A stretch of 64,000 nucleotides of DNA from Alphaproteobacteria bacterium. Lineage in GTDB: Bacteria > Pseudomonadota > Alphaproteobacteria > MPNO01 > UBA2964. Shown piece after piece: positions 32,712 through 43,160 of the stretch. Numbering within the stretch: the first letter of the stretch is position 1; each line of letters begins with the position of its first letter. A program made the translations under genes and the position numbers. A model generated the notes under the pieces. It did no database searches, was not told where the DNA came from, and was given only the letters and a program-made list of their open reading frames with translations. Location: the NCBI GenBank assembly GCA_012103315.1, contig WLWZ01000014.1, positions 28,959-92,958 on the forward strand. Direction: 5' to 3'.

Positions 32712-33287
32712 TTATTGCTTGCCTAAGGTAGCGAGGACGCGCTCAACATCGGGACGTTGCCGGTAATTCTCTGTCGAAAAACGATGGCTGATTTTGCCAT
32801 CAGCATTAACGACAAAGATTGCCGGTAAGGCGATGCCATACCAGGCACTGGATTTAGACACGCCCGGTTTGATTAAACCAAAAGCACCAATGATATCGGC
32901 CTTGGGATCCGCCAGCAGCGTATAGGAAATACCTTCATCGGCGGAGAATTGCTTGTGGACGTCGACGCCGTCTTTCGTAACAAGTACGATGTCATAACCG
33001 AGCTTGGTGAATTCCTGATGTTTTGCATTCCAGGCGACCGCCTGGCGTTTGCAGTGAGGTCACCAATCCAATGACCGTGAAAACATCACGATCAAGCCCC
33101 GCTTTCTGGCGAGTGATTTGAAATCCCGATACTGACTGTTCTGATCCTGTGCTTTGAGGGAATGCGGTAAAGCGGTCCCGACTTTAGGACCGACCTTAAT
33201 CTCATCAACGGCAAAACTTGGTGTCACTTGACCCAATGAAAAGGTCAGAGCCAAGGCCGCCAGCAGAATTTTAAAGGTTCGGTTCAT
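32712..33287 (-). CDS. Secreted thioredoxin-fold redoxin (TlpA/ResA-like) with an in-frame TGA at the first Cys of WCxxC: candidate selenoprotein (W-U-P-H-C) or pseudogene
   Basis: Signal peptide ...FSRSLDW, then TGA at 33060-33062, then the same frame stays open for 115 more codons (PHCKRQAVAWNAKHQEF ... ATLGKQ) to TAA at 32712-32714. A hairpin sits downstream of the TGA. Confidence 0.5.
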
Positions 33288-33492
33288 TGTGGTCTCAGTC
33301 CAGTATCTAATGGCTGATATAGTCGCGGTTGTTACAGCCGAAAGTCAATTCTTAATACGGATTTGCGCTTCAGATGAGCGTTCACATTTTCGTATGGTTG
33401 GATATTTCGGTTGCTGCTACTAGTTCGTTTGAAGACACCTACCCGGTACCCTATAACTAAAGCGATATGAAATATCCTCTCCGCAAGATCGA

Positions 33493-36348
33493 TTGAGCAT
33501 GGCTGGCAAAATTGTTGTTCGTGGTGCCCGCGAACATAATCTGAATAATGTTGATATTGCGCTGCCGCGTGATTCACTGGTCGTGATGACTGGTGTGTCG
33601 GGTTCCGGCAAGTCGTCACTGGCCTTCGATACAATTTATGCCGAGGGGCAACGTCGGTATGTCGAAAGCCTCTCAGCCTATGCACGGCAGTTTCTGGAAA
33701 TGATGCAGAAGCCCGATGTCGATTCCATCGAAGGCCTCTCACCGGCAATTTCCATCGAACAAAAGACCACGTCGCGAAATCCCCGTTCGACAGTCGGCAC
33801 GGTAACTGAGATTTACGATTATCTCCGACTGTTGTTCGCGCGGGCGGGTATCCCCTACTCACCAGCTACTGGCTTGCCGATTGAAAGCCAGACTGTTTCC
33901 CAGATGGTCGATCGTGTCCTGGAGATGGAAGAAGGCACCCGGCTCTATTTGTTGGCGCCAATTGTGCGAGGTCGAAAGGGAGAGTACCGGAAGGAGCTGG
34001 CAGAACTTCAAAAGAAAGGCTTCCAACGCGTTAAAATCGATGGCGAGCATTATCAGATCGAGGAAGCGCCGGCGCTAAAAAAGACCTACAAGCACGATAT
34101 TGATGTGGTCGTTGATCGGCTGGTCGTCCGACCTGACTTGGGTAATCGTCTAGCGGATTCCCTGGAGACCGCTCTTGAGCTGGCTGACGGGCTTGCGATA
34201 ACCGAAAATGCGAAGGACGGTGATCGGGTAATCTTCTCTGCCAAGTTCGCTTGTCCGGTATCGGGCTTTACGATTGATGAGATCGAACCGCGATTGTTTT
34301 CGTTCAACGCTCCGGCTGGCGCGTGCCCAGCCTGTGATGGTCTGGGCACATCGTTGTATTTCGATCCAGAACTGATCGTTCCTGATACCAGTAAGAGCCT
34401 GAAAGATGACGCGATTGCCCCCTGGGCCAATTCTAAGTCACCCTATTACGCGCAGACGCTCGATTCTCTCGCCCGGCACTACAAGGTTTCGGTCAACACC
34501 CCGTTCAAGGAGTTGAAAAAGGCCGCCCAGGAAGGGATCCTCTGGGGATCTGGCGATAAATCCGTAAAGATGACTTACGCCGACGATGGTCGGGAATATT
34601 CAATTGATCGTCCCTTTGAAGGTGTTATCCCGAATATGCAGCGCCGGTTTCGAGAAACCGATAGCTCTTGGGTGCGGGATGATCTCGGGCGTTTTCAGAG
34701 TAATACTGCCTGTGAGACTTGTGGCGGCATGCGACTACGGCCAGAGGCGCTCGCGGTTAAACTAGATGGCCTGCATATCAGCGAGATCACAGAGTTTTCA
34801 ATTTTGGCTGCGCGCGATTGGTTTGCGGCCCTACCGAAATCGCTCACCGATAAACAGGCTGAGATCGCCAGCCGTATTCTCAAGGAAATTAATGAACGGC
34901 TGAGCTTTCTGGTCGATGTTGGACTGGAATATCTCACCCTTTCACGGTCTTCCGGAACATTGTCGGGTGGTGAAAGCCAGCGCATTCGCCTCGCTTCTCA
35001 GATCGGTTCGGGGCTGACGGGTGTTCTGTACGTCCTGGATGAGCCGTCGATTGGCCTGCATCAACGCGACAATGCGCGGCTTTTGGAAACACTGCGGCGT
35101 TTGCGGGACCTCGGAAACACCGTTCTCGTCGTTGAACATGATGAAGATGCTATCCGGTCAGCTGACTATCTCGTTGATCTCGGTCCCGGTGCCGGTATTC
35201 ATGGTGGTAAAATCGTCGCGCATGGCCCTCCAGCCAAGGTGATGAAGGCCAAGAACAGCATCACGGCACAATATTTGACGGGTGTTCGTTGCGTTGAAAT
35301 TCCTGCGGAACGACGATCAGGCAAAAAGGGACAATCTCTGACTATCGAGGGGGCTGCCGCTAATAATCTACAAGGCGTCAATGCTGCGATACCGCTCGGG
35401 ACAATGACGGCGATTACCGGTGTTTCGGGCAGTGGCAAGTCGACGTTGATCATCGACACGCTCTATAAGGCAATTTCACGCCGTTTGCATGGGGCCCGCG
35501 CGGTCCCAGGTGCTCATGATGATATCAAAGGTCTCGAATTTATCGATAAAGTTGTTGAGATCGATCAATCGCCGATCGGTAGAACGCCGCGCTCTAATCC
35601 CGCGACCTACACTGGAACCTTCACGCCAATCCGTGAATGGTTCGCAGGGTTACCCGAAGCCAAAGCGCGTGGCTACAAACCGGGACGGTTCTCATTTAAC
35701 GTCAAAGGCGGTCGTTGCGAAGCCTGTCAGGGTGACGGCGTCATCAAAATTGAGATGCATTTCCTGCCCGACGTCTATGTCGAATGTGATGTTTGCAAAG
35801 GCAGCAGATACAACCGAGAAACACTTGAAATAGAGTTTAGAAACAAATCCATAGCAGATGTTCTTAACCTGACAGTTGATGAAGGGTGTGAGTTCTTTAA
35901 AGCTGTTCCGTCGATCCGAGAGAAACTGGAAATGTTGCAACGGGTAGGGCTTGGTTATATCCATATAGGCCAGCAAGCCACGACCCTTTCAGGCGGCGAA
36001 GCCCAGCGCGTCAAACTCTCCAAAGAATTGGCGCGACGCTCGACCGGCAAAACCATCTATATTCTGGATGAACCGACCACCGGTCTGCATTTCGAGGATG
36101 TCCGTAAGCTTCTGGAAGTCCTGCATGCCCTTGTCGAACAGGGAAACACCGTCGTTGTCATTGAACATAACCTCGAGGTTATCAAAACCGCAGATTGGAT
36201 CATTGATTTGGGCCCCGACGGCGGTAATAAGGGCGGTCGTCTCATTGCCAGCGGGACACCTGAAGACGTCGCGCAGACCAAGGGTAGCTATACAGGTGAG
36301 TATCTCGCCCCCTACCTCGGCAAACGAAAGCTTAAGAAAAGCGCCTAA
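33493..36348 (+). CDS. uvrA: Excinuclease ABC subunit A
   Basis: Two ABC ATPase modules (GVSGSGKSS and GVSGSGKST), zinc-finger Cys clusters and LSGGE signatures. 951 aa. Confidence 0.95.
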   Translation: MSMAGKIVVRGAREHNLNNVDIALPRDSLVVMTGVSGSGKSSLAFDTIYAEGQRRYVESLSAYARQFLEMMQKPDVDSIEGLSPAISIEQKTTSRNPRSTVGTVTEIYDYLRLLFARAGIPYSPATGLPIESQTVSQMVDRVLEMEEGTRLYLLAPIVRGRKGEYRKELAELQKKGFQRVKIDGEHYQIEEAPALKKTYKHDIDVVVDRLVVRPDLGNRLADSLETALELADGLAITENAKDGDRVIFSAKFACPVSGFTIDEIEPRLFSFNAPAGACPACDGLGTSLYFDPELIVPDTSKSLKDDAIAPWANSKSPYYAQTLDSLARHYKVSVNTPFKELKKAAQEGILWGSGDKSVKMTYADDGREYSIDRPFEGVIPNMQRRFRETDSSWVRDDLGRFQSNTACETCGGMRLRPEALAVKLDGLHISEITEFSILAARDWFAALPKSLTDKQAEIASRILKEINERLSFLVDVGLEYLTLSRSSGTLSGGESQRIRLASQIGSGLTGVLYVLDEPSIGLHQRDNARLLETLRRLRDLGNTVLVVEHDEDAIRSADYLVDLGPGAGIHGGKIVAHGPPAKVMKAKNSITAQYLTGVRCVEIPAERRSGKKGQSLTIEGAAANNLQGVNAAIPLGTMTAITGVSGSGKSTLIIDTLYKAISRRLHGARAVPGAHDDIKGLEFIDKVVEIDQSPIGRTPRSNPATYTGTFTPIREWFAGLPEAKARGYKPGRFSFNVKGGRCEACQGDGVIKIEMHFLPDVYVECDVCKGSRYNRETLEIEFRNKSIADVLNLTVDEGCEFFKAVPSIREKLEMLQRVGLGYIHIGQQATTLSGGEAQRVKLSKELARRSTGKTIYILDEPTTGLHFEDVRKLLEVLHALVEQGNTVVVIEHNLEVIKTADWIIDLGPDGGNKGGRLIASGTPEDVAQTKGSYTGEYLAPYLGKRKLKKSA

Positions 36349-37085
36349 ACTGTGGTTTCAAAGACCCGAGCGACGAACTCTGGATAGGTTTTGGCAATCT
36401 CGGGGCTTATTTGGGTTCGCAGAAGTCTAAGCCGTTGATCTGTTGGGCCTAGAGTTTCTGGAACAGTCTCAGGAATATCAAAATCAAATCCCGTATTGTC
36501 CTGAATTTCCTCAACAGTATGTCCCGGATGCACAGAAGTTAGCTGAAATCGCTTCCGTTCCCGGTTAAACATCATCAGGCATAGCTCTGTGACTAAGGCA
36601 TGCGGCCCGCCAGGACGATAGACGCCGTCTTCGCTCGTGCCCGGTGCGCTGATGAAGTCAACTTCAGGAACAAATACCCGCCTGGTATGTTCTGGTCGGA
36701 ACAAGATCACCTTTGGTACGACGAAATACATGTAGGCTGAGCCAAAAGACCCTGGAAACCGACGGTCTGTCTTGGGATAGTCCCCAGTCCCGACGAGATT
36801 TATGTTGGCCTGTCCGTCAATCTGGACACCCCCAAGGAAGAACGTATCGATCCGTCCCTGCCCTGAACAATCAAACAATTCCCGTCCACCATCGGTGAAC
36901 GGGTTATTAGCATCACCGCCAATCATCGACAGTCGGAGGCCATCAATCTGATTTTTGGTCTCCTCCCGCACGAGTAAAGCAGCGGACCCCGGAAATGGCG
37001 AAGCCATACCAACCGCTACGTGACGCGATGTTTCGAGCAAAGACGCGATGGTACAGATCAGAAACTCGTCCTGATTATAGTTCAT
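36345..37085 (-). CDS. CoA-transferase subunit B (family I, glutaconate/3-oxoacid CoA-transferase beta-like)
   Basis: Family I CoA-transferase beta subunit pattern. A start at MNYNQDEF gives an ATGA overlap with the subunit A stop. Confidence 0.6.
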   Translation of the reverse strand: MNYNQDEFLICTIASLLETSRHVAVGMASPFPGSAALLVREETKNQIDGLRLSMIGGDANNPFTDGGRELFDCSGQGRIDTFFLGGVQIDGQANINLVGTGDYPKTDRRFPGSFGSAYMYFVVPKVILFRPEHTRRVFVPEVDFISAPGTSEDGVYRPGGPHALVTELCLMMFNRERKRFQLTSVHPGHTVEEIQDNTGFDFDIPETVPETLGPTDQRLRLLRTQISPEIAKTYPEFVARVFETTV

Positions 37086-37903
37086 CGCGGCGCTCCGTAG
37101 ATTTTCAGCCATTCCTCAAAGCCAACCTGAGAGCTAGCTTGCTCGACATAATCCATGATTGCGGCAGTATCGGCTGGGTACCGCCCGGCTAGACCTAGAG
37201 GCCAACAGCCTTTCTCTGCTTCGGCGATAGCGCCAACATACATATCGGGCAGCGTTCCCGCCGCTGTTAGGTCGTTTTCAAGCAGATTGTCATCCTGAAT
37301 CTCTTCGACCGTGACGAATGTCGTTTTAGCGGCGTGCGCCATGGTCATCAGTTCACGCCGTTTCCCGATCCAGACATTCCCGTCACGATCCGCGAGAGGC
37401 GCGTGGATCAATGCAATGTCGGGCTGAATGGCTGGCAGGAGAACGATTGGGCCGTCGTTTTTATCAAAAGGATCGACGATAACCTGCCAGTCAGCTCTGT
37501 TTTTAAGGACATCGCTGCCAATCAGTCCCCGGAGAGGCATAAAAGGGACACCCTTTTCCGAGGCCTGTAGAGCGGTGTGGATGGCAGGACAAGTGGAGTC
37601 CAACATGGCGATTGTGTTGGTCTGGACCGCCTCTGAGAATCTCGGCGCAAGTCCTGCTTCGCCCATAGTGATGGCCGCGGCTTCAAGGGTTTTGACGCAT
37701 CCCGCTCCGATGAGCAGATCACCAGCAATTCCACCAATCGGCGCGAATAACAGATGGAGGTCCTTTACGCCACGCCGAATTAGCGCCATGACGGCGGCGA
37801 CCGGGACATTGCTATAATCCGGAGGCAGAACGATAAGAGCTTCGTCTGCAACCTGCTGCGCCAGATCATCGAGAGTTGTGAACAGTGCCATGACTACTTT
37901 CAA
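37082..37903 (-). CDS. CoA-transferase subunit A (family I, GctA-like)
   Basis: 273 aa alpha-subunit-like sequence lying directly upstream of subunit B and translationally coupled to it. Confidence 0.6.
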   Translation of the reverse strand: MKVVMALFTTLDDLAQQVADEALIVLPPDYSNVPVAAVMALIRRGVKDLHLLFAPIGGIAGDLLIGAGCVKTLEAAAITMGEAGLAPRFSEAVQTNTIAMLDSTCPAIHTALQASEKGVPFMPLRGLIGSDVLKNRADWQVIVDPFDKNDGPIVLLPAIQPDIALIHAPLADRDGNVWIGKRRELMTMAHAAKTTFVTVEEIQDDNLLENDLTAAGTLPDMYVGAIAEAEKGCWPLGLAGRYPADTAAIMDYVEQASSQVGFEEWLKIYGAPR

Positions 37904-37983
37904 TTACGTTTTGCATATCCTCATAGGACGCACTCTGCTAATCAACTGACAAATTGAATTGCCCGAAAGATTCAGCGTTCGTG

Positions 37984-39324
37984 ATGACCGATATAGCCAT
38001 TAAACCAGTTCATATTGTGGGAGGCGGCTTGGCAGGCACCGAAGCCGCCTGGCAGCTCATTAGCGCCGACATTCCGGTTATTTTACATGAAATGCGCCCG
38101 GTTCAGAAAACCAACGCGCATCACACGGATAAGCTGGCCGAGCTGGTTTGTTCCAATTCGTTTCGATCCGATGACGCGGAACGGAGTGCGATTGGTGTGC
38201 TCCATGAAGAAATGCGCCGCGCCGGTTCTCTTATTCTCAGTGCTGCAGATGAGCACAGGGTGCCGGCCGGCGGTGCGTTGGCTGTTGATCGTGATGGCTT
38301 TTCGCAACATGTCCAGGACACGCTCGAACAGCACCCCCTGGTGACGATTAGTCGTGAAGAGGTTACCGGATTACCACCGGAAGACTGGGGCCAAACCATT
38401 ATCGCAACCGGCCCCCTGACCTCTTCCGCTCTCGCGGAGTCCATTCAAACGGTAACCGGCGAGGAGTCGCTCGCTTTTTTTGATGCCATTGCGCCGATTG
38501 TGAATAAAGATTCCATCGATATGGACAAGGCGTGGTTTCAGTCACGCTATGACAAGGGTGATGGCTCGGATTACATCAACTGCCCGCTTACGGGTCGGCA
38601 ATATGATGCGTTTCTGGATGCTTTGATTGAAGGTGAGAAAACTGAATTCAAAGAATGGGAAGAAAACACGCCCTACTTCGAGGGATGTTTGCCAATTGAA
38701 GTGATGGCCTCGCGGGGTCGTCGAACGCTGTGTTATGGCCCAATGAAGCCGGTTGGGTTGACCAATCCTCATAACCCGACTGAAAAGCCGTTTGCGGTTG
38801 TGCAGCTCAGGCAGGACAACAAACTGGGAACCTTGTTCAACATTGTTGGGTTTCAAACCAAGCTTAAACATGGCGAGCAAACGCGCATCTTTAAGATGAT
38901 TCCGGGATTGGAGGACGCTACCTTTGCTAGGCTTGGTGGACTGCATCGCAATACATTTTTGAATTCACCACGGGTTTTGGATCAATTTCTAAGACTCAAG
39001 GCGGCGCCGCATATTCGGTTTGCCGGTCAGATCACTGGATGCGAAGGCTATGTTGAAAGTGCTGCAATCGGATTGATGGCTGGTCGGGTTGCTGCTGCAG
39101 ACACCGCAGGAGCCATCCCTTCTATCCCAGGCATAACGACAGCCATCGGGTCCCTCATCAGCCACATAACTGACGGAGCTGATGAACAAACATTCCAACC
39201 GATGAATGTTAACTTTGGACTATTCCCACCCTTTGAAGAACGTATCCACAAAAAAGCTCGCAAAGCGGCTTATGCGAAACGGGCCCTGGATGATTTTCAG
39301 TCTTGGCTGGATTCTGCAGCCTAA
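37984..39324 (+). CDS. trmFO: Methylenetetrahydrofolate--tRNA-(uracil54-C5)-methyltransferase (FADH2-oxidising)
   Basis: [19 protein letters not shown]-binding N-terminus with a conserved TrmFO/Gid core. The start is taken at MTDIAIKP. Confidence 0.9.
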   Translation: MTDIAIKPVHIVGGGLAGTEAAWQLISADIPVILHEMRPVQKTNAHHTDKLAELVCSNSFRSDDAERSAIGVLHEEMRRAGSLILSAADEHRVPAGGALAVDRDGFSQHVQDTLEQHPLVTISREEVTGLPPEDWGQTIIATGPLTSSALAESIQTVTGEESLAFFDAIAPIVNKDSIDMDKAWFQSRYDKGDGSDYINCPLTGRQYDAFLDALIEGEKTEFKEWEENTPYFEGCLPIEVMASRGRRTLCYGPMKPVGLTNPHNPTEKPFAVVQLRQDNKLGTLFNIVGFQTKLKHGEQTRIFKMIPGLEDATFARLGGLHRNTFLNSPRVLDQFLRLKAAPHIRFAGQITGCEGYVESAAIGLMAGRVAAADTAGAIPSIPGITTAIGSLISHITDGADEQTFQPMNVNFGLFPPFEERIHKKARKAAYAKRALDDFQSWLDSAA

Positions 39325-40137
39325 TCAGGATTTGAGCAAACTCGCTATTATGATCCGGCAACGACGCCAGGCGGCATTTGTCGGGTGCCCAGTAAATGGC
39401 GATGCTTTGATTCTGGTGAGACGTTTCAAATCGTACCGGGCGATCCACTGATAAAGTGCTAGATCGTTACTTGAAGTCTGCAAGTTTGGATCTAAATGCT
39501 CTGATGCGAGGTTAAGGACTTCACCGAATGCCCGAAGAGCCCTGTCAGTCCCTATTTGTGTCACCGCTATACCCGGTAAATAACAGCGCTGTTGTGCTCG
39601 ATAAAACTCAATTGACTTCAATAACCCGATGAGGGCCCATGCCGTCCCTATTCTGTTCGCAGTCTCTTCATCCGATCCTGTTATTTCGGTCACAAGCTGA
39701 AGCAGGCTTCCCGATGTCGATTGGGCATAAGATAACAATTCAGCGATGTCTTTAGGTTCGCGGTCTTCGAGATCAAATTCCCGTCCGTTGATCATGTCGT
39801 CGAAATGCGGACGGCTTAATGAATATTCTTTGACGATAAAGGACAGAGCCAAAACTACTTCATGATTTCTGGGCGTTCCCTGATAAATGCCGTCAAGCGC
39901 TTCACGCCACCACTGAAGCCTTATACGGCCCAACATTGGCTCTGAAACGGTTTCCCGTGTTTTGGAAATTTCGAGATTAAAGGCATACAGAACCAGGAGC
40001 GGCGCCCGAAACTTCTTTGGCGCGGCAATCGCTGTAAGGTAGCGATCAGGATCGAAGGTTCTTACCTGTAAAGCACAATACTCCATCGTGCCATCTAGGG
40101 AGGATCTATCTTGAGGGGCTGCGAACGACTCGTCCAA
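39325..40137 (-). CDS. Squalene/phytoene synthase-family protein lacking the first Asp-rich motif (NDUFAF6-like)
   Basis: Isoprenoid synthase class 1 fold pattern (LLVLYAFNLEISK ... RLQWWREAL), but no DDxxD at the expected position. Confidence 0.55.
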   Translation of the reverse strand: MDESFAAPQDRSSLDGTMEYCALQVRTFDPDRYLTAIAAPKKFRAPLLVLYAFNLEISKTRETVSEPMLGRIRLQWWREALDGIYQGTPRNHEVVLALSFIVKEYSLSRPHFDDMINGREFDLEDREPKDIAELLSYAQSTSGSLLQLVTEITGSDEETANRIGTAWALIGLLKSIEFYRAQQRCYLPGIAVTQIGTDRALRAFGEVLNLASEHLDPNLQTSSNDLALYQWIARYDLKRLTRIKASPFTGHPTNAAWRRCRIIIASLLKS

Positions 40138-40219
40138 GGGGCTACTGTCTCGTTTTTGACGCTATAATAGACATGTTCTTTTAACCCAATTTCGGAATGT
40201 CCCGAACGGAAGTTTTTCT

Positions 40220-41068
40220 TTGACCGCGAATACATCATTGGAAACGCCTACCAAGACCAGCAATGACGAGAACTTTCCCGTTGCTAGTTGGCTAATTCCT
40301 GCCGAGTTGCGGGAGCATGTGCATATTTTTTATCTTTGCGTTCGTGCCGGAGATGATGTGGCTGATTCCCCTGATCTAGAGCCAGAAGAGAAATCAGCTC
40401 TCCTAAAACGGATGGATGATGCCCTTCAAGGCAATGGCACAGTCGACGAGGTTACCCAAAATGCCTCCAATCACGCACTTAGCGCGGCTGAAACCGACGT
40501 AACAACTCAACATGCCCGTCATTTGCTGCAGGCCTTTACCATGGATGTGACCAAGAAGCGTTATCGCAACTGGTCCGAGCTGGTAAATTATTGCCTGTAT
40601 TCTGCAGCCCCTGTCGGACGATACCTGGTTGATCTACATGGCTGTGATGACCGCCCCAAGAAGGCAACGGATGCCCTTTGTATCGCCTTACAAATTCTCA
40701 ATCATTTACAGGATTGTAAGGATGATTATTTAGAAATTGATCGTGTTTATATCCCGGAGGATATGCTGAGAGCTCAAAAGATTGATGTGACGGCCTTAAA
40801 GGCGGATTGTGCGAGTGCCGAGCTTCGCGCTGTGCTAGATGCTGTTCTCGACCGGACAGATGAACTTTTGCAACACGCCCGCACCGGACCAAAGCAGATA
40901 TCACACCGTGGGCTACGACTGGAGACAGCGGTTATCGTCGCAATTGCCGAGAAGTTATCAAAGAAACTAAGACGGAATGATCCCATCGCTGGTCGTGTCG
41001 AACTGACGAAAATACAAAAGGCGTCGTGTGCCTTAAAAGGACTTTGGCGAGGAATGGTGACAGCGTAA
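40220..41068 (+). CDS. Squalene synthase-like enzyme HpnC/HpnD family (hopanoid-associated)
   Basis: Phytoene/squalene synthase family with intact Asp-rich motifs (YLCVRAGDDVADS, LQDCKDD). It lies directly upstream of an HpnE-like oxidase. Confidence 0.65.
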   Translation: MTANTSLETPTKTSNDENFPVASWLIPAELREHVHIFYLCVRAGDDVADSPDLEPEEKSALLKRMDDALQGNGTVDEVTQNASNHALSAAETDVTTQHARHLLQAFTMDVTKKRYRNWSELVNYCLYSAAPVGRYLVDLHGCDDRPKKATDALCIALQILNHLQDCKDDYLEIDRVYIPEDMLRAQKIDVTALKADCASAELRAVLDAVLDRTDELLQHARTGPKQISHRGLRLETAVIVAIAEKLSKKLRRNDPIAGRVELTKIQKASCALKGLWRGMVTA

Positions 41069-42345
41069 TGGGAACAGTACATGTCATTGGGGCTGGCATG
41101 GCTGGCCTATCCTGCGCTGTGCAGTGCGCTAAAGCTGGGCATTCTGTTGCAATCTATGAAGCCTCGCCACAAGCAGGCGGTAGATGCCGGTCATTTCAAG
41201 ATGAAGGGTTAGGTTGTCTCATAGATAATGGCAGCCATATGCTGATTGGCGCCAATGAAGCCACCAAAAACTATTTGGATGATATTGGATCTCGGGATTT
41301 GGTCTCCGAGATTGTGCCGGCAACATTCCCGTTCTTTCAGCCGGACACCGGTCAGCAATGGCAAATTAAACCGGGTTCACCCTATTTTCCCATGTGGCTC
41401 TTAGCACCTGGGCGTCGAGTCCCGGGAACTAATCCGATCGATTATGCGAAAGCGCTCAGACTCTCGCGGGCAAAAAAAGAGGACACGGTTCGTCAGATTA
41501 TCGGCGGCGATGATCCACTTTACGATAGACTTTGGCAGCCAATCTGCCGGGCAGTTTTAAATACAGATGCTGATGACGCTTCTGCCCAACTGCTCTGGAA
41601 AGTTCTCAAGCTGAGTTTTCTTAAAGGAGAGTCCGCTTGCCGACCGATGATCTTTGAAAAAGGTCTTTCGGCGGCTCTCGTCAATCCTGCACTCGCGTTT
41701 TTGGAAAACAGCGAAGCCAATATCAGATATCAAGCAAGGTTGCGGGGAATTCGTTGGGAAAACGACGTTGTTCTCGCGATGCGCTTTCCAGAAGGGCTCT
41801 TACGGGTAGAGAACGAAGATACAGTTGTCTTAGCCGTACCACCTGATATTTCTGCTGAACTATGGCCCGATACTAACCCTCCGCAGGAAACACTCCCTAT
41901 CGTCAATGTGCATTTTCGCGTTCGGGAACCTGTTGAGCTTCCCGGTGGACTCCCGTTCCTGGGGCTTATCGGAACTGATTCACAGTGGATTTTTTCAAGA
42001 GATAACGTGCTATCGATCACGATTAGCGCCGCTTCTGCCCATGTCGATATGCCTAATTGGGAAATCGCCAATCAATTATGGTCAGAAGTTACCGCAATTC
42101 TTGGACGAAATATGGGACGCCTTCCACCATGGCGCGTTATCAAAGAACGTCGTGCAACGATTGCTCAAACACCAACGGTTTTGGCAAGTCGTCCTGGCGC
42201 AAAGACCGCTCTCAATAATTTATTCATTGCTGGTGATTGGACCAATACTGGCCTCCCCGCAACGATCGAAGGCGCAATTCAGTCAGGGCGCCGTGCTGCC
42301 AGGCTGGCGATCAGACGAATGACAAAAGTTCCTGAAGATAATTAA
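41068..42345 (+). CDS. hpnE: Hydroxysqualene dehydroxylase-like FAD-dependent amine oxidase
   Basis: VHVIGAGMAGLSCAVQCAKAGHSVAIYEA FAD dinucleotide fold, about 425 aa. TAATG overlap with the upstream gene. Confidence 0.65.
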   Translation: MGTVHVIGAGMAGLSCAVQCAKAGHSVAIYEASPQAGGRCRSFQDEGLGCLIDNGSHMLIGANEATKNYLDDIGSRDLVSEIVPATFPFFQPDTGQQWQIKPGSPYFPMWLLAPGRRVPGTNPIDYAKALRLSRAKKEDTVRQIIGGDDPLYDRLWQPICRAVLNTDADDASAQLLWKVLKLSFLKGESACRPMIFEKGLSAALVNPALAFLENSEANIRYQARLRGIRWENDVVLAMRFPEGLLRVENEDTVVLAVPPDISAELWPDTNPPQETLPIVNVHFRVREPVELPGGLPFLGLIGTDSQWIFSRDNVLSITISAASAHVDMPNWEIANQLWSEVTAILGRNMGRLPPWRVIKERRATIAQTPTVLASRPGAKTALNNLFIAGDWTNTGLPATIEGAIQSGRRAARLAIRRMTKVPEDN

Positions 42346-42497
42346 GTATATCTGAAAGACCCTTATGTTTTCTGCCTTTAGAGGCGAGTCGTTTCTCAGG
42401 GTTTCGACGATTCCTGTAAAATGCTATAAAAACAAGCGGTTCCACAAAGTTCTGTGGCTGTAGTATTCGAATTCTCTACGCAAAGGGGGTGTAGGAA

Positions 42498-43106
42498 ATG
42501 GCAAAAATTCTTTCAAGTCTCAATAATACAATTATCGCTGGTTTCGTACTGGCCGTTGTCTTCGTACTGATCATGATGCAATGGCATGATGGTGGATTTA
42601 GCAATGACACTGGGTGGTGGGCATTCTTTTTCCGCTGGTTGCATGTTCTTTCTGGCGTGATGTGGATTGGTATTTTGTACTATTTCAACTTTGTACAAAT
42701 TCCGAATATGCCAAATATTCCGGATGACCAAAAACCGGCAATCACGAAGGTAATTGCCCCAGAAGCACTGTTCTGGTTCCGCTGGGCGGCAATGTCGACC
42801 ATCGTAACGGGTCTTATCCTGGCATGGCTCAACGGTTATCTAGTTGATGCGCTTACCATAGGTCTTATGGCTGGTGGTACGGCAAAAGCCTCAGCCATCG
42901 GTATTGGCATGTGGCTAGGCGCCATTATGTGGTTCAACGTGTGGTTCATCATTTGGCCAGCTCAGCAGATCGCGCTGGGCATGGTTGAAGCGGATGATGC
43001 TGCGAAACCCGCAGCTGGACGCAAAGCCATGTTGTTCTCACGAACCAACACAATGCTGTCGATCCCCATGCTCTATTGCATGATATCGGCGCAGAATATC
43101 TTCTAA
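42498..43106 (+). CDS. Integral membrane protein of unknown function (5 predicted TM helices)
   Basis: ORF with good coding appearance and hydrophobic segments containing conserved Trp/His. No family assigned with confidence. Confidence 0.4.
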   Translation: MAKILSSLNNTIIAGFVLAVVFVLIMMQWHDGGFSNDTGWWAFFFRWLHVLSGVMWIGILYYFNFVQIPNMPNIPDDQKPAITKVIAPEALFWFRWAAMSTIVTGLILAWLNGYLVDALTIGLMAGGTAKASAIGIGMWLGAIMWFNVWFIIWPAQQIALGMVEADDAAKPAAGRKAMLFSRTNTMLSIPMLYCMISAQNIF

Positions 43107-43130
43107 ACAAGGTATTCGTCTGAGAATTAA

Positions 43131-43160
43131 ACGGGGGGCTTCGGCTCCCCGTTTTTTTAT
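43131..43160. terminator. Bidirectional rho-independent terminator
   Basis: ACGGGGGGCttcgGCTCCCCGT hairpin followed by TTTTTTT, between convergent genes. Confidence 0.75.

Noticed and set aside
33332-33862. 176-aa minus-strand ORF overlapping the uvrA start
   Set aside because: It is antisense to the strongly supported uvrA N-terminus. Its composition is Arg-rich with no motifs, so it is likely spurious.
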